In this document: in pieces, positions 57,043 through 59,154 of the stretch
Layout: every line of letters starts with the position of its first letter
How positions within the stretch are numbered: the first letter of the stretch is position 1
Assembly: GCA_017650945.1 (NCBI GenBank)
Contig: JAGCDW010000015.1
Location: forward strand, 1 to 59,154
DNA length: 59,154 bases
Direction: 5' to 3'
Source: Alphaproteobacteria bacterium
GTDB taxonomy: Bacteria; Pseudomonadota; Alphaproteobacteria; Rs-D84
The notes under the pieces: generated by a model
Databases searched by the model: none
The model's input: the letters and a program-made list of their open reading frames with translations, nothing else
What the model was told of the DNA's origin: nothing
Translations under genes and position numbers: made by a program

Positions 57043-58642
57043 ACTCAAACTTCTCTCTCATCTTATTCAATTCATCGTCTATACGGCGGATTTTTTCGCT
57101 TACATCATTTTCACCGGAAAGCCCACGCACAGTCAAATCACGTTTTTGTTTTTCTAAACTTTCAATATATTTTTGCAATTTTAATGATACTAAATATTTT
57201 TCCGCCGCATCAAAAGATAAACCGCAATCCGGCGTATTTTCAGAAAAATCAAGATTAAATTTACTGATAAAATCACCGTATCTTTCGGCAAGTGTCGGAT
57301 ATTTATTTATAATTGAAATAATTGTATTTTTAACAATTGTATCAATCTCTGGTACTTCTATACGCACGGTTTCCGATGTTTTTTTCCATTTATGCCAATT
57401 GTTAAATTTGCGTGATTCGTATTCATGTTCATATTCTGCGCGTAATAATTTATCAGTTATTTTTTCAAGTTCTTTTTTTAAAAACTTTTCTGCCTGTGTT
57501 CGTCCCGCCGGAGTATTTGTTAAAAAATTTTTATTTACGATGTTCCAAAGGAAGTCAACCAATGGCACCGCAGAATCAATAATTTTTTTCATATCATCTG
57601 GATTGCCTTTGCGCAGAATTTCATCTGGGTCTTTGCTGCCGGTTACGAAAGCAAATCGCACATCGGAATTATCACGCAAGAACGGCATAATTATTCCACA
57701 TGCGCGCGCGGCGGCCTTTTGCCCTGCCCCGTCGCCATCAAAACAAAAAACAATATTCCGATTTGCTTTGCATAAAATCACAATATGGTCTTCGGTAAGT
57801 GCTGTCCCAAGGGGCGCGACAGTTTCACCAAAACCATGACATTGCATTTGAATTGCATCAATTTGACCTTCGACAATTATGGCACGATTTGCACGATGAA
57901 TCGCTTCGCGTGCGAAATTAAAACCGAACAAAGTTTGGCGTTTGTGAAACATTTCTGTATCGGTCGTGTTGATATACTTTGGTTCAGACCCGTCTAAACT
58001 GCGCCCAGAAAAAGCAACAATTTGTCCACGCGCATTAAAAATTGGAAACATCAATTTATCACGAAAAAAATCATACATTCCGTATTCGCCGCGCCGCGCA
58101 AGACCGGTCGCAATAAGTTTATCTTGTTTCACATTTACAAACTTATTCGAAATAATATTATTTTTTGGCGCATAACCAACGCCATACTTTTTTATCATAT
58201 CATCACTAAACCCGCGGCCGCGAACGTATTCCAAAGCATGCGCACCATCAGGTGTGAAAAGTTTTTCCGCGTATAATTTTGCGGCCGCCGCAGTGATAGA
58301 AATATAAGATTCTTCCGCATCAATTTGTTGTTGTGATTTTGGTTTATATTCTGGCAATTTTAATCCGGCCATATCCGCAAGTTCCGCAATCGCGGCCTTG
58401 AAATCAATATGCTGCGATTCCATAGTAAAAGAAATAATATCGCCATGCTTTCCGCAACCAAAACAGTGGAAAAAACCTTTGTCTTCATTGACGGAAAAAG
58501 ACGGAGTTTTTTCATTATGAAACGGACAACAACCCCAATAATTTTGACCTTTTTTAACAAGCGGTACGCGCCGCGAAACAACATCGACAATCGAAAGTCG
58601 TTCACGCAATTGGTCAGTAAAATTATTGTCATATTTCGTCAT
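57032..58642 (-). CDS. dnaG: DNA primase
   Basis: Zinc finger CCPFHNEKTPSF..CFGCGKHGD, and Toprim motifs IVEGQIDA and FDGDGAGQKA. Confidence 0.93.
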   Translation of the reverse strand: MTKYDNNFTDQLRERLSIVDVVSRRVPLVKKGQNYWGCCPFHNEKTPSFSVNEDKGFFHCFGCGKHGDIISFTMESQHIDFKAAIAELADMAGLKLPEYKPKSQQQIDAEESYISITAAAAKLYAEKLFTPDGAHALEYVRGRGFSDDMIKKYGVGYAPKNNIISNKFVNVKQDKLIATGLARRGEYGMYDFFRDKLMFPIFNARGQIVAFSGRSLDGSEPKYINTTDTEMFHKRQTLFGFNFAREAIHRANRAIIVEGQIDAIQMQCHGFGETVAPLGTALTEDHIVILCKANRNIVFCFDGDGAGQKAAARACGIIMPFLRDNSDVRFAFVTGSKDPDEILRKGNPDDMKKIIDSAVPLVDFLWNIVNKNFLTNTPAGRTQAEKFLKKELEKITDKLLRAEYEHEYESRKFNNWHKWKKTSETVRIEVPEIDTIVKNTIISIINKYPTLAERYGDFISKFNLDFSENTPDCGLSFDAAEKYLVSLKLQKYIESLEKQKRDLTVRGLSGENDVSEKIRRIDDELNKMREKFELLV

Positions 58643-58989
58643 TTGTTGTGTTTTTCTGCATGTTTTAATAATTTTCTTGCAAACAAGGAATCAAATTCAG
58701 CCAACAAAAAACCACTTCTGTTTTTGTCGTAAATATACGCATGATATTGCAAAGGTAAATCAAAATAATACAATGCCAATAAAAATCCATTTATGATTCC
58801 ATTTGTGGCCAAATAATTTTCACGCCATACATGAATTTCATGGCAATCAGTTTTATAACTTGCATAATCAAAAAAATACGGTGCTTGGAATACAAAACCA
58901 GCGCGCTGTTTTTTATGACGAACACTCAAATCAGATGGTGTTTGACCAATAATATTTTTAAAAAGTCTGTATTTTTCCGAAATTTTCAT
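58639..58989 (-). CDS. hypothetical protein
   Basis: ORF overlapping the dnaG start (ATGA). No motif recognised. Confidence 0.45.
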   Translation of the reverse strand: MKISEKYRLFKNIIGQTPSDLSVRHKKQRAGFVFQAPYFFDYASYKTDCHEIHVWRENYLATNGIINGFLLALYYFDLPLQYHAYIYDKNRSGFLLAEFDSLFARKLLKHAEKHNK

Positions 58990-58992
58990 ATT

Positions 58993-59154
58993 TTAACTCT
59001 TTTTACGAAACCGTTTTGTTGGTTTTTTATTATTTATCAAATCGATTGCGGTTTCTAAATCAGGCTTATCTTTGACACTGACATTTACTTTATTACTTGA
59101 AATGTACGCGCCATAACGACCGGTCGGATAAAAATAAATCATCTTGTCAGTTGC
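58993..59154 (-). CDS. C-terminal end of a larger gene, probably DNA topoisomerase I
   Basis: The reverse frame gives ..ATDKMIYFYPTGRYGAYISSNKVNVSVKDKPDLETAIDLINNKKPTKRFRKKS*. The GRYG.Y...... / ..le.Ai.Li pattern is typical of the TopA C-terminus. The gene runs off the window. Confidence 0.45.
   Translation of the reverse strand, partial: ATDKMIYFYPTGRYGAYISSNKVNVSVKDKPDLETAIDLINNKKPTKRFRKKS

Overview
This is a chromosomal segment from an AT-rich Gram-negative bacterium. My inference is a host-associated alphaproteobacterium, possibly Rickettsiales-, Holosporales- or gut RF32-like. That rests on a Cys-less L36, a DUF374-lpxK-lpxC arrangement, an isolated virB3-virB4 pair and hairpin-ended miniature repeats. 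No database search was possible. The housekeeping backbone is lolCD, ftsQ/ftsA, tsaE, uvrB, an asmA-like gene, aspS, ung, gyrB, lpxC/lpxK, ychF, rpmJ, dnaG and the topA 3' end. Accessory material interrupts it. (1) Two small islets sit at tRNA genes, bounded by direct repeats of the tRNA 3' part, and neither has an integrase. The tRNA(CAU) islet carries rhuM, a phosphotransferase and a GNAT. The tRNA-fMet islet carries an OspF/SpvC-like candidate effector. (2) A type IVb-pilus-like assembly core (PilO/PilP/ATPase/platform) sits next to lipoproteins and a Cys-rich eukaryote-like protein. It has no pilin, peptidase or secretin nearby. A secretin-like lipoprotein lies 30 kb away in the lol operon. 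(3) Three copies of a ~135-bp hairpin-ended MITE are present. (4) A dispersed GTTAGTGTAAGTG repeat supplies stop codons at gene ends. (5) Most notable is a ~180-nt structured 5' leader present twice, upstream of two unrelated secreted Cys-rich proteins. It shows compensatory stem changes and terminator/antiterminator logic, so it is a candidate undescribed riboswitch or attenuator. I saw no rRNA, CRISPR array, transposase or integrase. All functional calls come from motif recognition by eye.
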